A DNA stretch of 24,032 bases from Actinomycetota bacterium (lineage in GTDB: Bacteria; Actinomycetota; AC-67): the NCBI GenBank assembly GCA_005883175.1, contig VAYV01000023.1, positions 1-24,032 of the forward strand, read 5' to 3'. Shown piece by piece: positions 23,667-24,032 of this stretch (position 1 is its first letter; every line of letters starts with the position of its first letter). Under the pieces are notes generated by a model. It was not told the DNA's origin, made no database searches, and saw only the letters and a list, made by a program, of their open reading frames with translations. A program made the translations under genes and the position numbers.

Positions 23667-24032
23667 GTGGCTGCAGAGCGCAAGACGAGCAGAGCGAAGA
23701 AATCGGCGGCGGGCTCAGGCCCGAAGGCGAAGACCGCGCGCGCGAAGAAAGCTCCGGCGCGCGCAACGACTCGGCGCAGGAGCACGCGACCGCCGAAGGG
23801 GGCGTTGTCGATGGATCGCATCTGGGTGAAGAGCTATCCGCCCGGTGTCTCGGACACGATCGAGCTGCCCGAAGAGCCGGTGACCGCGCTGCTCGACGAA
23901 GCGGTGCGTCAGTTCCCCAACAACATCGCGACGGACTTCGAAGGGCAAACGCTTACCTACGCACAACTGGGTCAAGCAGTCGATAAGTTCGCGAGCGTCC
24001 TTCGCGATCTCGGCGTCGGAAAGGGCACGCGC
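23667..24032 (+). CDS. Long-chain-fatty-acid--CoA ligase (FadD-like), 5' part; two possible in-frame starts (GTG 23667, ATG 23811)
   Basis: From 23811: MDRIWVKSYPPGVSDTIELPEEPVTALLDEAVRQFPNNIATDFEGQTLTYAQL...LRDLGVGKGTR. The frame is open back to GTG 23667, which has a GGAGAG SD. Confidence 0.85.
   Translation, partial: MAAERKTSRAKKSAAGSGPKAKTARAKKAPARATTRRRSTRPPKGALSMDRIWVKSYPPGVSDTIELPEEPVTALLDEAVRQFPNNIATDFEGQTLTYAQLGQAVDKFASVLRDLGVGKGTR

Overview
High-GC Actinomycetota chromosomal segment spanning the replication-origin region. The conserved backbone is jag(partial)-yidC-yidD-rnpA-rpmH <> dnaA-[oriC unwinding element]-dnaN-recF-DUF721-gyrB-gyrA-DUF3566-tRNA-Ile-DLW-39-like-tRNA-Ala. An accessory lipid/redox block follows: a Cys/His hypothetical protein, an RsbW-like ATPase, a ChoD-type GMC oxidoreductase, ALDH3, two tandem secreted antigen-85-like esterases, BCP peroxiredoxin, erythrin-VIT1, a GT1 glycosyltransferase, a thiolase and two small metal-ribbon proteins. 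The window ends with crgA <> DUF881 and the start of an acyl-CoA ligase. I found no mobile element, CRISPR array or rRNA. The best leads are a GyrA with an atypical quinolone-binding helix (HPHSPDA instead of HPHGDSA), a structured ~150-nt gyrB leader containing a G-quadruplex motif, a Cys-rich ~170-aa loop in YidC, an acyl-CoA ligase with an in-frame H1-like basic N-terminal tail, a GTTA-N8-TAAC operator over the thiolase transcription start, and a possible glycolipid/sterol-tailoring gene set. Three conserved genes (dnaN, aldh, thiolase) each lack about 30-35 codons, which most likely reflects collapsed assembly gaps rather than biology. All calls come from motif recognition by eye; no database searches were run.
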